A DNA stretch of 64,000 nucleotides from Aulosira sp. ZfuVER01. Lineage in GTDB: Bacteria > Cyanobacteriota > Cyanobacteriia > Cyanobacteriales > Nostocaceae. Shown here piece after piece: positions 17,706 to 28,484 of the stretch. How positions within the stretch are numbered: the stretch's first letter is position 1; every line of letters begins with the position of its first letter. The DNA is taken from assembly GCA_034530615.2 (NCBI GenBank), contig JAVRCV020000032.1:64001-128000 (forward strand), given 5' to 3'. The notes below the pieces were generated by a model. The model saw nothing but the letters and a program-made list of their open reading frames with translations. It was not told the origin of the DNA and did no database searches. Position numbers and translations under genes: made by a program.

Positions 17706-17974
17706 TATTATACCTTAATCATTACTTTATCATCATAAAATATGTAATGTGAAATCCAAAAAATATATAAAAAATCTATTAATGGCTTAGTATTATTTTT
17801 TTAGTTTAATGGTTTACTAATTCAAATTACTATAGTTATTTTAATATTAAAATTATGTGTGTATTAAATAACAATTAATTGTAAATATTGATCTTAAATC
17901 TTAATGAGAAGGCAGAAGTATAGCAATTAGATTTAATTCCTAAAATTACTTGCGTAGGGAGGTAGTAATTTATT

Positions 17975-18040
17975 GTAGGGTGGCACTACCCACCAAGACT
18001 TCAAATATCCATTAGGCTGACGTTGGGCGATGCCTACTGT
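17975..18040. repeat. Degenerate pair of GTAG-type REP-like palindromes
   Basis: GTAGGGTGGCACTACCCACC ... GTTGGGCGATGCCTAC, similar to the intact copy at 52063. Confidence 0.5.
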
Positions 18041-18201
18041 AAATTATGAGGGGTAGTTAGGTTTTTTATAAAAAATTTTACGTATACAAACATACACAAC
18101 TAAATTTGGCAATAAACTGATATAAATTGGAAAAGTCCTTATCAGAAGAGTCAGCGCACCTTCTAGAATCAGCCGCAAGCTAAGTATTGCTTGTAATTTA
18201 T

Positions 18202-19689
18202 ATGACGATAAACCTGTTGAACGATCGCTATCAAGTTATTCGCACATTGGGTGCTGGTGGGTTTGGTGAAACCTTTCTAGCAGAGGATACTTATATGCCC
18301 TCAAAGCGCCGTTGTGTGGTTAAACAGCTAAGACCAATTCAAAACAATCCCCAGATTTACCAACTGGTGCAAGAACGTTTTCAACGGGAAGCGGCTATTT
18401 TAGAAACACTCGGCGGCGCAACTGACCAAATTCCGACTTTGTATGCTTACTTTGAAGCATCTGGGCAATTTTATTTGGTTCAGGAGTGGGTGGAAGGCGA
18501 TACCTTAACGGCGAAGGTGCAACAGCAAGGCTTATTTAGCGAAAGTGCTGTACAAGAATTGTTGCTAAATTTATTACCTGTTCTAGAATACGTCCACGGT
18601 AAGTATATCGTTCACCGCGATATCAAACCGGATAACATTATTGTGCGCTATCGTGACGGCAAACCTGTACTGATTGATTTTGGTGCAGTACGCGAATCTA
18701 TGGGAACGGTGGTAAATTCTCAAGGGAATCCTACCAGCTCAATTGTGATTGGGACACCGGGATTTATGCCCAGCGAACAAGCCGCAGGTAGACCAGTGTA
18801 TTCCAGCGATTTATATAGTGTAGGGATGACGGTAATTTATTTGCTGACTGGCAGACAACCACAGCAAATAGAAACAGATCCCCAAACAGCGGAAGTTATG
18901 TGGCGACAATATGCTAGCCATATTAGCCCGATGATGGCAGAGATAATTGAACGTGCGATCGCCTATCATCCACGCGATCGCTATCCTACAGCTAGAGCCA
19001 TGCTAGATGCTTTGCAGAGCATAGCAAATCCGATTCCGCCGACGCAACCAGTCTATCAACCACCTGTGGTATCTGTACCACCACTGCCAACTATTCCCGT
19101 CACTCCCCAACCTAGTAATGAAGGTAATAATCGTAACGGTTTTGTCATCGGCGGTTTAATAGCTGGTGGGTTAATTGGTGCATCTGTAATTATTAGTCAA
19201 GTATTACCAAAACCTTCGCAACCAATAGCACAGACACCCGCGACACCCACAGAAACCTCATCACCTGTAACATCTCAAATTACAGAAACGCCACCTATTT
19301 CACCATCTCCCATACAACAACCTATTTCAACACCTCAAGCAAGCATAACTCCTACATTGTCATCTTCAGTAAATACATACACAACACCAAATAACAACAC
19401 CACAACAGATAATTATTCTTGGCTTTCTCAAAGACCTGTTAGAGATGCAGATTTGGCAGGTAAAGATGGTTTTGAACTAGATATTATGCGAAATTGGATA
19501 TTTGCCATTCATGGTCGTCAGTTTGATACTCCAGGCTTACAAGATTACTTTAATAATCAACCTTGGTATCAAGGAATATATTCGCCAAAGGAATTTCCTA
19601 ATAAATTGCTATCAAAATTAGAGCAAAAAAATGTTGATTATATTGCCAAATATCAAGACCGTTATAACTTGAGATATTTTAAGAAATAG
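18202..19689 (+). CDS. Hanks-type Ser/Thr protein kinase with TM helix, Pro/Thr linker and C-terminal YARHG domain
   Basis: LGAGGFG, VVK, HRDIKPDN, DFG, GTPGFMPSEQ; C-terminal ELDIMRNWIFAIHGRQF..LQDYFNNQPWY. ATG at 18202. Confidence 0.9.
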   Translation: MTINLLNDRYQVIRTLGAGGFGETFLAEDTYMPSKRRCVVKQLRPIQNNPQIYQLVQERFQREAAILETLGGATDQIPTLYAYFEASGQFYLVQEWVEGDTLTAKVQQQGLFSESAVQELLLNLLPVLEYVHGKYIVHRDIKPDNIIVRYRDGKPVLIDFGAVRESMGTVVNSQGNPTSSIVIGTPGFMPSEQAAGRPVYSSDLYSVGMTVIYLLTGRQPQQIETDPQTAEVMWRQYASHISPMMAEIIERAIAYHPRDRYPTARAMLDALQSIANPIPPTQPVYQPPVVSVPPLPTIPVTPQPSNEGNNRNGFVIGGLIAGGLIGASVIISQVLPKPSQPIAQTPATPTETSSPVTSQITETPPISPSPIQQPISTPQASITPTLSSSVNTYTTPNNNTTTDNYSWLSQRPVRDADLAGKDGFELDIMRNWIFAIHGRQFDTPGLQDYFNNQPWYQGIYSPKEFPNKLLSKLEQKNVDYIAKYQDRYNLRYFKK

Positions 19690-19736
19690 AAATTGACAAT
19701 TTCCCACTTTCCATCACGGTAAATTAAGACTCAATC

Positions 19737-20300
19737 TCACTCCAACAACCAAGCAAACAAATCCTTGACTGTTAGTTGTAACTCACTCGCAAACGATGGT
19801 GTAGGTAAAAGTGCATCTGACCGATCAAATACCTCAGTTTCTTGCTTAGGGCGATAAACAAAAACAGTTTGCTCATCTGGATCAATTAACCAACCCATTT
19901 GAGTTTCATACTTGAGACAATGGAGAATATTTTTGGTAACCTTTGTTTGGCTTTGATCGGGAGATAAAATTTCAATTGTCCAATCGGGAGCGATGGGAAA
20001 TGTGTTAGCAACTTCCCCATTTTCATCACGGGGAATTCTGCTCCAAACAAAAACTGCGATATCAGGTACAATTGAACGCCCACCAAATGTACAACGCAAC
20101 TCAGGAAATGCACGAGCCAGACGCTTGGGCTTGACTACAAAATTGATTGCAGGTACAAGTTCTCCTTGCAGCGCACTATGCTTACCTTGTGGCATTGGTT
20201 TCTGGATAATTTGACCATCAATGTATTCACTGGCAGGTTTTGTTTCTGGTAGTTGCAGAAACTCTTCCAGTGTCAGAGTTTTGGATGCTGCTTTTAGCAT
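19737..20300 (-). CDS. Uma2 (DUF820) family PD-(D/E)xK endonuclease-like protein
   Basis: LTLEEFLQLPETKPASEYIDG, VPDIAVF, APDWTIEILSP. Likely ATG at 20300. Confidence 0.9.
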   Translation of the reverse strand: MLKAASKTLTLEEFLQLPETKPASEYIDGQIIQKPMPQGKHSALQGELVPAINFVVKPKRLARAFPELRCTFGGRSIVPDIAVFVWSRIPRDENGEVANTFPIAPDWTIEILSPDQSQTKVTKNILHCLKYETQMGWLIDPDEQTVFVYRPKQETEVFDRSDALLPTPSFASELQLTVKDLFAWLLE

Positions 20301-20453
20301 TTGGGCATTGCCTCTAGAAATGCCAGAATAACTCAATTTTATATTGTACCTGTTGGTGATTCTAGTAGATGCCGATCGCTTGTTGTGTAGGTGGGGAAAG
20401 AGCGATCGCAAATGTATTAGCAACTTTCTCGATGTAATTTTGTGAGGCTATCA

Positions 20454-20696
20454 TTACTTCCACCAAGCAGGATGCTGAGCGGTCAGGATTTTGCAATTAG
20501 GAACAGTAATATCTCCACCTGCCCAAGCTCTCCTGAGTGTAGCTTGAAAGTCTTTCAGAAGATTTAAAGTCATCCCATGATTAGGAGTGCGATACCTTTT
20601 TGATCTTTTGAAGTAACCCCCAGCTGACATCTCATTACCGTCTGAACTATACCAATTTGATTCCTCTACCCTAAGTTGATATTCATCACTCTCACT
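20454..20696 (-). pseudogene. Possible orphan gene fragment (80 open codons; 58 aa from an internal ATG at 20630)
   Basis: Hand translation SESDEYQLRVEESNWYSSDGNEMSAGGYFKRSKRY..TAQHPAWWK, ending TAA-TGA-TAG; bounded upstream by an in-frame TGA. Confidence 0.3.
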
Positions 20697-20725
20697 TCAA
20701 CATTAAGTACAATCGCTCTTTGCAA

Positions 20726-21106
20726 TTAACGTGTGTATGGTTGTGCCATAACAAGACCAGGAATAACATGGTAATGTTTGACATTAAATGTACAAAGTGT
20801 TGCACCCCTACCAACAGCACAAGCAGCAATTAAAGCATCTAACAACCCTAAACTGTCTGACAAATGGTACGTGGCAAAGTCTGACAAGGCGCGATTTAAA
20901 TCAGCCTTAGTCGGCCAGACTAGAGGTAGTGGTGCAACCAGTCTTAAAGTATTACGCAGCTTTTGCTTGTTTTGAGCATCCTGGATTAATTCCATAACCA
21001 CGAAGCCAGGCACACTAGGTAACTCTGATAGGCTAGCAAACCAAGCGATCGCAGGAGCATGACCTCGTTGAATATCAATCAAAATGTCCGTATCTAGCAA
21101 ATACAT
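20726..21106 (-). CDS. PIN-domain (VapC-like) toxin
   Basis: YLLDTDILID, VMEL, LLDALIAACA, TFNVKHY. Confidence 0.9.
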   Translation of the reverse strand: MYLLDTDILIDIQRGHAPAIAWFASLSELPSVPGFVVMELIQDAQNKQKLRNTLRLVAPLPLVWPTKADLNRALSDFATYHLSDSLGLLDALIAACAVGRGATLCTFNVKHYHVIPGLVMAQPYTR

Positions 21107-21115
21107 GAACTTAAC

Positions 21116-21376
21116 CTATGCTCGCTCACGGGTTTCAGCCTCGTGACGTAAGTTACGAGCATAGGCTTGACTATCTGTAATATCAGGCAGTGAATTGATG
21201 ACGCCTTCACTTTGCCAATAGGCAACAAGTTCTGCCCCTGTCTTTGGTGGATTTGGTAGAATCTGCCTGAGTGTGAGAACACGAAGAATGTATTCAGAAA
21301 GCGTTAAGTTAAGCTGAGAAGCTTCATAAAAAAGCTCTTTTTCTAGCTCTGGTGGCAAATCAAGATGAATACTCAC
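21116..21376 (-). CDS. Putative antitoxin (ribbon-helix-helix-like N-terminus)
   Basis: SIHLDLPPELEKELFYEASQLNLTLSEYILRVL; ends 9 bp upstream of the PIN gene. GTG at 21376 is a likelier start than the track's 21454. Confidence 0.7.
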   Translation of the reverse strand: MSIHLDLPPELEKELFYEASQLNLTLSEYILRVLTLRQILPNPPKTGAELVAYWQSEGVINSLPDITDSQAYARNLRHEAETRERA

Positions 21377-21558
21377 TTTGGTTTTCCTGTTTAGCTTTGA
21401 TTCTAGATTGAGAGAAACTTGGTTGCAAACAACAAGCACTTCTGTAATTTGCAATCTTAGCCAATGGTAAATCCGCCTTCAAGTTGGGAGCAGTAACGGA
21501 TTTACTACAGTATCACGCAGTTGTCTTTTATTGACTCAATTGAAATGCTCCCAATTAC

Positions 21559-24500
21559 TTAAACCATAGCGGCTTCAGGAATTGCCCCCTGCATTCTCCC
21601 TAAAGCATCAATCAAACTTTGCAATTGCTGATCTGCTTTGAGAACTGCTAAACCCCGCACTGTCACCTTACCAGGAGAGTAAACAAAGCGTGTTTTCAGA
21701 TGATCTGGTAAGTTCGCCGCGAGTAAATTCCAAGCTGGTTCTTCCATTGGCGTTTCTAAAATGATGTGCTGTTTGTTTTCTGGTTTAATGCGGCTAAATC
21801 CTAATTTTTTCGCTAACTGTTTGAGTTCGATGACGCGCAATAATTGATTAGCTGGTACTGGAATTGCACCATAGCGATCGCTCCATTCGGCTCCAATCTG
21901 TGTTAGTTCTTCTTTCGATTTAGCCGCCGCTACTGCACGGTAAGCGCTCATCTTTTGATCTAAGTCGGGGATGTAATCGGCGGGAATAAATGCGGTGAGG
22001 TTGAGGTCAATCTGTGTATCGTCAACTTTGGGAATTTCCTGTCCGCGGATTTCGCGAATGGATTCTTCCAACATTTCCATATACAAATCAAAGCCGATCG
22101 CATCCATTTGACCAGATTGTTCTGCACCCAGCAAGTTACCTACACCGCGAATTTCCATATCGCGCATTGCAAGCTGATATCCAGAACCTAGTTGCGTAAA
22201 TTCCTGAATTGCTCGTAATCTCTGCCTTGCAGCATCAGATAATGCCCGTTGCTGGGGGTAAAATAGCCAGGCGTGAGCTTGAATTCCTGCACGTCCGACA
22301 CGACCGCGTAATTGATACAGCTGTGATAAACCAAAGCGGTGAGCATCTTCAATTAAGATGGTGTTAACTCTGGGAATATCTAAACCAGATTCAATAATTG
22401 TCGTACAAACGAGAATTTCTGCTTCACCATTGTTGAAGGTAAGCATAGTTGATTCCAACTGCCCTTCATCCATTTGACCGTGAGCAACGGCAAATCTCGC
22501 TGAGGGGATGATTTCCCGTAATTTGGCTGTTGTCTCTTCAATTCCCTCGACTCGCGGCACTACGTAAAATACCTGGCCGCCTCTGTCTAACTCTTGACGA
22601 ATAGCTGTACGGATACTTTCGTAATTCATCTGGGCGAGATGAGTTTTAATCGGTCGCCGGGAAGGGGGTGGTGTGGTAATTAAACTCATTTCCCGAATCC
22701 CGGACAATGACATATACAAAGTACGGGGAATGGGAGTAGCGGAGAGTGTCAGCACATCCACTTGAGTTTTTAAGCTTTTAATTTTCTCTTTTTGGTTAAC
22801 GCCAAAGCGTTGTTCTTCATCGACTACCAACAGCCCTAAATCGCGGAAGCTGACACCTTTGCCTAAAAGTTGGTGCGTACCAACGACTACATCTAATTCT
22901 CCCGTTGATAAGCGCTTTTGAATTTCACGGCGTTCTTCAGCTGTGCGGAAGCGGTTGAGTAAGCCAACGTTCACGGGGTAAGGGGCAAAGCGTTCTTTAA
23001 GGGTGTGGTAATGTTGCTGGGTGAGGATGGTAGTAGGCGCAAGTAAAGCGACTTGTTTACCTGCGGTGACAGCTTTAAAAATGGCGCGAATTGCTACTTC
23101 TGTTTTCCCAAAACCGACATCACCACAAACTAAGCGATCCATTGGGCGATCGCTTTCCATGTCGCGTTTCACATCTTGCACAGCTTTTAACTGATCGGTT
23201 GTCGGTTGGTAAGGGAAAGAATCTTCCATTTCCTCTTGCCAAGGCATATCTGCTGGGTAGTTAAAGCCTTGTTGTTGCGATCGCGCTGCATACAATTTCA
23301 GCAAGTCCACTGCCAATTTCTTGATGGCTTTGCGGACTTTGTTCTTGGTATTTTCCCAAGCTTTACCCGTCATTTTGTGCAGTTCGGGGGCTTTATCGGC
23401 GGTAGTCCGGAACCGCGATAAAGAACCTACTTGATCGGCTGCAACTCTCAATAAGCCGTCAGCATACTGCACCACAATATAATCACGGGTTTCATCGTTA
23501 ATTGTCAGACTTTCTAGCTTGACAAATTTACCAATCCCGTGGCTTCTGTGAACTACATAATCTCCCTGACGTAGCTTGTTGGGATCGACTTGCTTAGATG
23601 CAGCTTGGCGGCGTTTGCGGATATAACTAGGTGTAGCTAGGGAATGCTGACCGTAAAATTCCCTATCTGTAACTACTACCAAGCGGAAGGTCGGTAAAAT
23701 AAAACCTTCAAGTTCCGCCAAGCCAGAATATTTTAGTGCTACAGGTATATGGTTGATTTGTAGCTTGTCAATTGCTAAGTAATCGCGGGGATTAGGAATA
23801 AACTGAGCCGGACAATCGTGTTCTTGCAGTAAGGATACAGAACGTGAAGGTTGAGCCGAAATTAGCCAAGTAGAAAAATTGCGATCGCGTTCTTGGCGTA
23901 ATGTCTCGGCAAGTTTGGCAAACTGGTGTGGTGTAACTGGAACAGGTCTACAAGCTAGATTAATACCAGTGTTTTCTTCTGCCAGTTCCGATAAATATAA
24001 TTGTTTAAAATTCGCCGCTGCTGCCAAACATTCATCAAAAGACCGATGGATTTTCGGTAATTGTACAGAACCTAGCCCGATTTCCCCAGTTCCTAGCGAC
24101 CATTGCTCCTCAGCATTTTCTACCCAGCGATCGCTATGAGCATGACACTGTTCTGGCTCATCGATAGCAACTAAGGTATTGTCGCTTAAATAGTCCAAAA
24201 GTGATGCAGGTTGCTCAAAAGCTAACCCTAAAAAGCGACGGCTACCTTCAAATTTTTCTGAGTCTTGAATATCGAGTTCTGAGCCAGAATTTATCTCAGC
24301 ACTCAGCACTTGGTACTCAGCACTATCTTTGAGTGCTTCTAGAATAATCGGAGCAAAGCTAGTGGGAGTGAGAATGATTTGGTCAATTTTGTCAAGGGCA
24401 GAACGTTGAGTTGCGGGATCGAATTCTCGTATTTGTTCGATTTCATCGCCAAACCATTCCAACCTTACTGGTAACTCAGAAGCCACAGGAAAGATATCAA

Positions 24501-25068
24501 CAATATCACCACGCCGACTCCATTGCCCTTCTGTTTCCACCAAAGGTACTCGTTCATAGCCTAAAGTAGCAAGTTTAGTACTGAAGGTATTTAAGTCAAA
24601 TTCCATACCCTTCTTTAAAGTCAAAGAAAAAGGGATGAAAGCATTTGGTGGTGGTAAGTGGGGTTGTAGCGCCCCTGTAGTGGCTACAATCGCAATTTTT
24701 GATTGGTTGCCGTTGACCTTTGACTCTTGACTCTTGACCAAGTCAGCCAAAACCTGCATTTGCCCCCAAGTCATTTCCGTTTCGGGATCAAATGGTTCGT
24801 AGGGTGACGCTTCAGAAGTGGGATAAAAATACACATTCTTCCATCCCATTGCTTCTAATTGTGCATAAGCGCGTCCAGCTTCCTCTAAAGTGGCACATAC
24901 TACAAATAAATTCCTTTCAGAATTTTGTGCTAACGCGGAAGCGACTAAACCCTTAGGAAAGCGGGGAACACCATTTAGCCGCAAATCCTGTTGACGATTG
25001 AGTTTGGAAACTAGTTCTGTGGTTAGAGGCGATCGCGCCAAAGCACGCACAATAGAAGAAAAAGCCAT
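21559..25068 (-). CDS. mfd: Transcription-repair coupling factor
   Basis: UvrB-homology region, CarD-like [37 protein letters not shown]-terminus. Confidence 0.97.
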   Translation of the reverse strand: MAFSSIVRALARSPLTTELVSKLNRQQDLRLNGVPRFPKGLVASALAQNSERNLFVVCATLEEAGRAYAQLEAMGWKNVYFYPTSEASPYEPFDPETEMTWGQMQVLADLVKSQESKVNGNQSKIAIVATTGALQPHLPPPNAFIPFSLTLKKGMEFDLNTFSTKLATLGYERVPLVETEGQWSRRGDIVDIFPVASELPVRLEWFGDEIEQIREFDPATQRSALDKIDQIILTPTSFAPIILEALKDSAEYQVLSAEINSGSELDIQDSEKFEGSRRFLGLAFEQPASLLDYLSDNTLVAIDEPEQCHAHSDRWVENAEEQWSLGTGEIGLGSVQLPKIHRSFDECLAAAANFKQLYLSELAEENTGINLACRPVPVTPHQFAKLAETLRQERDRNFSTWLISAQPSRSVSLLQEHDCPAQFIPNPRDYLAIDKLQINHIPVALKYSGLAELEGFILPTFRLVVVTDREFYGQHSLATPSYIRKRRQAASKQVDPNKLRQGDYVVHRSHGIGKFVKLESLTINDETRDYIVVQYADGLLRVAADQVGSLSRFRTTADKAPELHKMTGKAWENTKNKVRKAIKKLAVDLLKLYAARSQQQGFNYPADMPWQEEMEDSFPYQPTTDQLKAVQDVKRDMESDRPMDRLVCGDVGFGKTEVAIRAIFKAVTAGKQVALLAPTTILTQQHYHTLKERFAPYPVNVGLLNRFRTAEERREIQKRLSTGELDVVVGTHQLLGKGVSFRDLGLLVVDEEQRFGVNQKEKIKSLKTQVDVLTLSATPIPRTLYMSLSGIREMSLITTPPPSRRPIKTHLAQMNYESIRTAIRQELDRGGQVFYVVPRVEGIEETTAKLREIIPSARFAVAHGQMDEGQLESTMLTFNNGEAEILVCTTIIESGLDIPRVNTILIEDAHRFGLSQLYQLRGRVGRAGIQAHAWLFYPQQRALSDAARQRLRAIQEFTQLGSGYQLAMRDMEIRGVGNLLGAEQSGQMDAIGFDLYMEMLEESIREIRGQEIPKVDDTQIDLNLTAFIPADYIPDLDQKMSAYRAVAAAKSKEELTQIGAEWSDRYGAIPVPANQLLRVIELKQLAKKLGFSRIKPENKQHIILETPMEEPAWNLLAANLPDHLKTRFVYSPGKVTVRGLAVLKADQQLQSLIDALGRMQGAIPEAAMV

Positions 25069-25198
25069 AGATTTTAGTATAAATGCAAGTCGTTGTGAGG
25101 CAGCTTATGTCAACCATTTTAAAGACTGTTAACCGCCCCCTGATTGTTTGGGGAATAATTTGGGAATAAGGATGGTGTGGGAGAGGTTTGGGAGAAAT

Positions 25199-25290
25199 GG
25201 GACAAGGGAGACAAGGGAGACAAGGCAGAAATAATCAATGCCCAATGCCCCATGCCCCCTACCCTATACCCAATGCCCCATGCCCTATGA
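25199..25290. repeat. Short tandem repeats (STRR-like)
   Basis: GGACAAGGGAGACAAGGGAGACAAGG and CAATGCC/CCATGCC heptamers. Similar tracts at about 26725-26790, 30113-30226, 31040-31150, 39800-39860, 52915-52960 and 63690-63740. Confidence 0.75.
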
Positions 25291-25389
25291 CTAGGAGTTT
25301 ATGTACAATTAAAGCGTTTATGGATGCACCTTTAATACTAGATACTAAGAGTTAAGCTAAGTTCGCTCTTGACGGCGGCAATTCTAAAC

Positions 25390-26715
25390 ATGTCCTCCAT
25401 GACTTTTGAAATTTTAATCATTTTGGTGCTAATTATTGCCAATGGTGTGTTTGCCATGTCCGAGATGGCGATTGTCTCGGCGCGGAAAGTAAGATTACAA
25501 CAGATGGCTAATCAAGGAGACCTTAAAGCACGGGCAGCATTGAAACTTGCCGAGTCTCCCAATCAATTTTTCTCTACGATTCAGATTGGCATTACCCTGA
25601 TTGGTATTTTGACTGGTGCTTTTGGCGGAGCGACTATTGCTGAAAAATTAGCGGTTTATTTAAAGTTAGTACCCTTTTTAGCAGCTTATAGTCAACCGCT
25701 TTCCTTTGGGTTAGTGGTTTTGGTCATCACCTATTTTTCGCTGGTTGTTGGTGAATTAGTACCGAAGCGTTTAGCATTAAACAATCCAGAAGCCATTGCG
25801 GCGTTTGTGGCAATCCCGATGCGAGCTTTAGCTGCGATCGCTTCTCCAGCCGTTTATCTTTTAAGTGCTTCTACAGAATTGGTACTGCGGGTATTGGGGA
25901 TTAGAGCCTCTACCGAGCCGCAAGTCACGGAAGAAGAAATTAAAATCTTAATTGAGCAAGGTACTGAAGCGGGAACCTTTGAGGAAGCCGAACAGGATAT
26001 GGTAGAGCGAGTCTTTCGCTTAGGCGATCGCCCTGTCAGTGCTTTTATGACACCACGCCCTGATATTGTCTGGCTGGACTTGGACGACACTCCAGAAGAA
26101 AATCGCCAGAAAATGGTTGACAGTGCCTATTCCCGGTATCCCGTTTGTCAAGAAGGACTAGATAATGTGCTGGGTGTGATCCCCGTGACAGACTTATTAG
26201 CTAGAAGTTTTAAAGGTGAATCTCTAGATTTGACAGTGGGATTGCGACAACCTGTATTTGTCCCAGAAAGTACCCGTGGCTTAAAAGTTTTGGAGTTATT
26301 TAAGCAAACAATTACCCACATGGCGCTGGTAGTTGATGAATACGGCGTGATTCAAGGATTAGTAACCCTCAACGATATTATGAGTGAAATTGTGGGTGAT
26401 GTTCCGGCGGAACCTGGACAGGATCAACCGCAAGCCGTGCAAAGAGAAGATGGTTCTTGGCTTTTGGATGGAATGTTACCTGTAGAAGAGTTTTTAGAAA
26501 TCTTCGAGATGGAGGAGTGGGAATCCGAAGAGCGAGGTAGCTATCAAACCTTGGGCGGGTTTGTGATCACTCATTTAGGCCGCATCCCCGCCGCCGCAGA
26601 TCATTTTGAATGGCAAGGGATGCGGATTGAGGTGATGGATATGGATGGCAACCGAGTTGATAAGGTATTAGTAGTGCCAAAGGGTGATAAATCAACAGAT
26701 ACCGAGGAGTCTTAA
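25390..26715 (+). CDS. Hemolysin/CNNM family protein (DUF21 + 2 CBS + CorC/HlyC)
   Basis: NGVFAMSEMAIVS, GELVPKRLA, MTPRPDI, YSRYPV, VVDEYG, YQTLGGF. Confidence 0.92.
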   Translation: MSSMTFEILIILVLIIANGVFAMSEMAIVSARKVRLQQMANQGDLKARAALKLAESPNQFFSTIQIGITLIGILTGAFGGATIAEKLAVYLKLVPFLAAYSQPLSFGLVVLVITYFSLVVGELVPKRLALNNPEAIAAFVAIPMRALAAIASPAVYLLSASTELVLRVLGIRASTEPQVTEEEIKILIEQGTEAGTFEEAEQDMVERVFRLGDRPVSAFMTPRPDIVWLDLDDTPEENRQKMVDSAYSRYPVCQEGLDNVLGVIPVTDLLARSFKGESLDLTVGLRQPVFVPESTRGLKVLELFKQTITHMALVVDEYGVIQGLVTLNDIMSEIVGDVPAEPGQDQPQAVQREDGSWLLDGMLPVEEFLEIFEMEEWESEERGSYQTLGGFVITHLGRIPAAADHFEWQGMRIEVMDMDGNRVDKVLVVPKGDKSTDTEES

Positions 26716-26789
26716 GTCTGAGGCATGGGGCATTGGTTATTTCTCCCTTGTCTCCCCACACTCCCCACCCTCCCCACACTCTCTTCCAT

Positions 26790-27974
26790 CTAACTCTGAG
26801 ATAACCGTCTAACCTCCTCACCCCCCAAAAGCTGATGTGCTTGTGTCAGAATTTGGGGGATTTTATTTGCTTGGGGGCTATGAGCAAGGCATGAGCGCAA
26901 GTCTAGTTCGTCTATTCGGTCGGCTTGTTTGCCAGGAAACCAGTGGCTACCATTACCGAGGAGGTTGTAGCGCATTTTGGCGTAGTCCATCATGTCGTAG
27001 GCGATCGCTAAATTCCACAGCCACAAAATCACTCGCATATTCACTTCGCCTGGTGTTTGTTCAAAGCTGGGTAAGTTCACTTCCCAGGTTTTCACCCAGT
27101 CTTCTCCCAAGGTGGCGATCGCTTCTGCTTCTAATCGTGCCAAAATTGGCGGTAAAATTTCCTCTGCGCTATCTAGCAAGTCTAAAGTTTTTAGGTGTTC
27201 ATCAAAATCTTGGGGTTTGGCTGCTCCCAAACTCAAAGTATGCACCTGTGGATGACTGAGGCAAAATAAATCGTTAAATACCATCGGACTCAAAGGCGCA
27301 CACAAATTGACTAATTTTTGTGGTGGTTCGTACAGCATCCCGCCTTTATTCGATGGGCTAATGATAAATACCCCCATATCATGGCGTGTAGCCGCTTCAA
27401 TTGCTGCCCAATTCCATTGATTAATGTAGTACCAATGCAGGTTAACGTAATCAAATTGATTGGTATTAATTGCTTGCAAAATTAAATCAGTAGACCCGTG
27501 GGTAGAGAAACCGATAAATCTAACTTTACCTTCAGCTTGTAACTGCTGTGCCACTTCTAAACAGCCACCAGGACGAAGGCTGTAATCTAAAGATTCGTCA
27601 TGATTTACACCATGTAACCCCAATAAATCAACGTATTCTAACTGGAGATATTTGAGCGATCGCTCAAATGTCTCGCGGAATTCTTTAGCATCTGCGACTG
27701 GGCCAACTTTAGTCTGAACAATCAATTTTTCGCGGGGAATTTTGGGTAAGATTTGCCCCAATTGCATTTCCGAGGTTCCGTAACCACGAGCCGTCTCAAT
27801 ATGATTAATGCCTAATTCAATCGCCCGCCGAATAGTTGCTTCGAGATTTTCCTGGGTATCTTTAGGAATCTCACTCGGGGAAACATCCTGCCATTTGAAC
27901 TGGTATCTCATACCGCCGCAGGAAAATACCGGCATTTGTAATTCTGTACGTCCAAATCTTCTGTATAGCATCAA
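26790..27974 (-). CDS. Aldo/keto reductase
   Basis: YRRFGRTELQMPVFSCGGMR, IETARGYG, QTK, IGFSTHG. Confidence 0.88.
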   Translation of the reverse strand: MMLYRRFGRTELQMPVFSCGGMRYQFKWQDVSPSEIPKDTQENLEATIRRAIELGINHIETARGYGTSEMQLGQILPKIPREKLIVQTKVGPVADAKEFRETFERSLKYLQLEYVDLLGLHGVNHDESLDYSLRPGGCLEVAQQLQAEGKVRFIGFSTHGSTDLILQAINTNQFDYVNLHWYYINQWNWAAIEAATRHDMGVFIISPSNKGGMLYEPPQKLVNLCAPLSPMVFNDLFCLSHPQVHTLSLGAAKPQDFDEHLKTLDLLDSAEEILPPILARLEAEAIATLGEDWVKTWEVNLPSFEQTPGEVNMRVILWLWNLAIAYDMMDYAKMRYNLLGNGSHWFPGKQADRIDELDLRSCLAHSPQANKIPQILTQAHQLLGGEEVRRLSQS

Positions 27975-28235
27975 TAGATTTTAGATGAATTGCCAAGTTG
28001 AAATCTCAAATTTTTCACAGGCGTAGGTTTTAGGTACTTACCATTTTAGATTTTGGTGCAGCTGCACGCTGGCTCACCTGTCCCGTTTTAAGAAAAAAAC
28101 CAGATTGCAATCAACATAATTTTTGTTGTTCTGAGTGAAGAGTATTTACTCCAGCTAGGAACGAACGATCAACAATCAGCGCGATTGTTCACATTTTTTT
28201 ATACCAGGCTTATTACCATATTTTCGGAGTAATTT

Positions 28236-28436
28236 ATGCGGAGCAATACTAATAATCAAATAGCAACGAACTCTGATTCTGTCGGCTTTATGAGTCATAA
28301 TGATGCATCATTTAACACTGCTGTGGGATTTTCCAGCATTATGATTGCCATTATCTTACTTACAAGTATTAATGCTTATAAAAAATACCGTGCTGCTGTT
28401 CTCCGTAGAGAAATTGCCTCTTTAGAGAAAGTATGA
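28236..28436 (+). CDS. Small membrane protein, possibly 3'-truncated
   Basis: GGAG RBS upstream, one hydrophobic helix, basic tail YKKYRAAVLRREIASLEKV. Confidence 0.55.
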   Translation: MRSNTNNQIATNSDSVGFMSHNDASFNTAVGFSSIMIAIILLTSINAYKKYRAAVLRREIASLEKV

Positions 28437-28484
28437 CATTTAGATATCACAAAGAAGAATGTTTGAAAAACCGGAATTTTGAGA

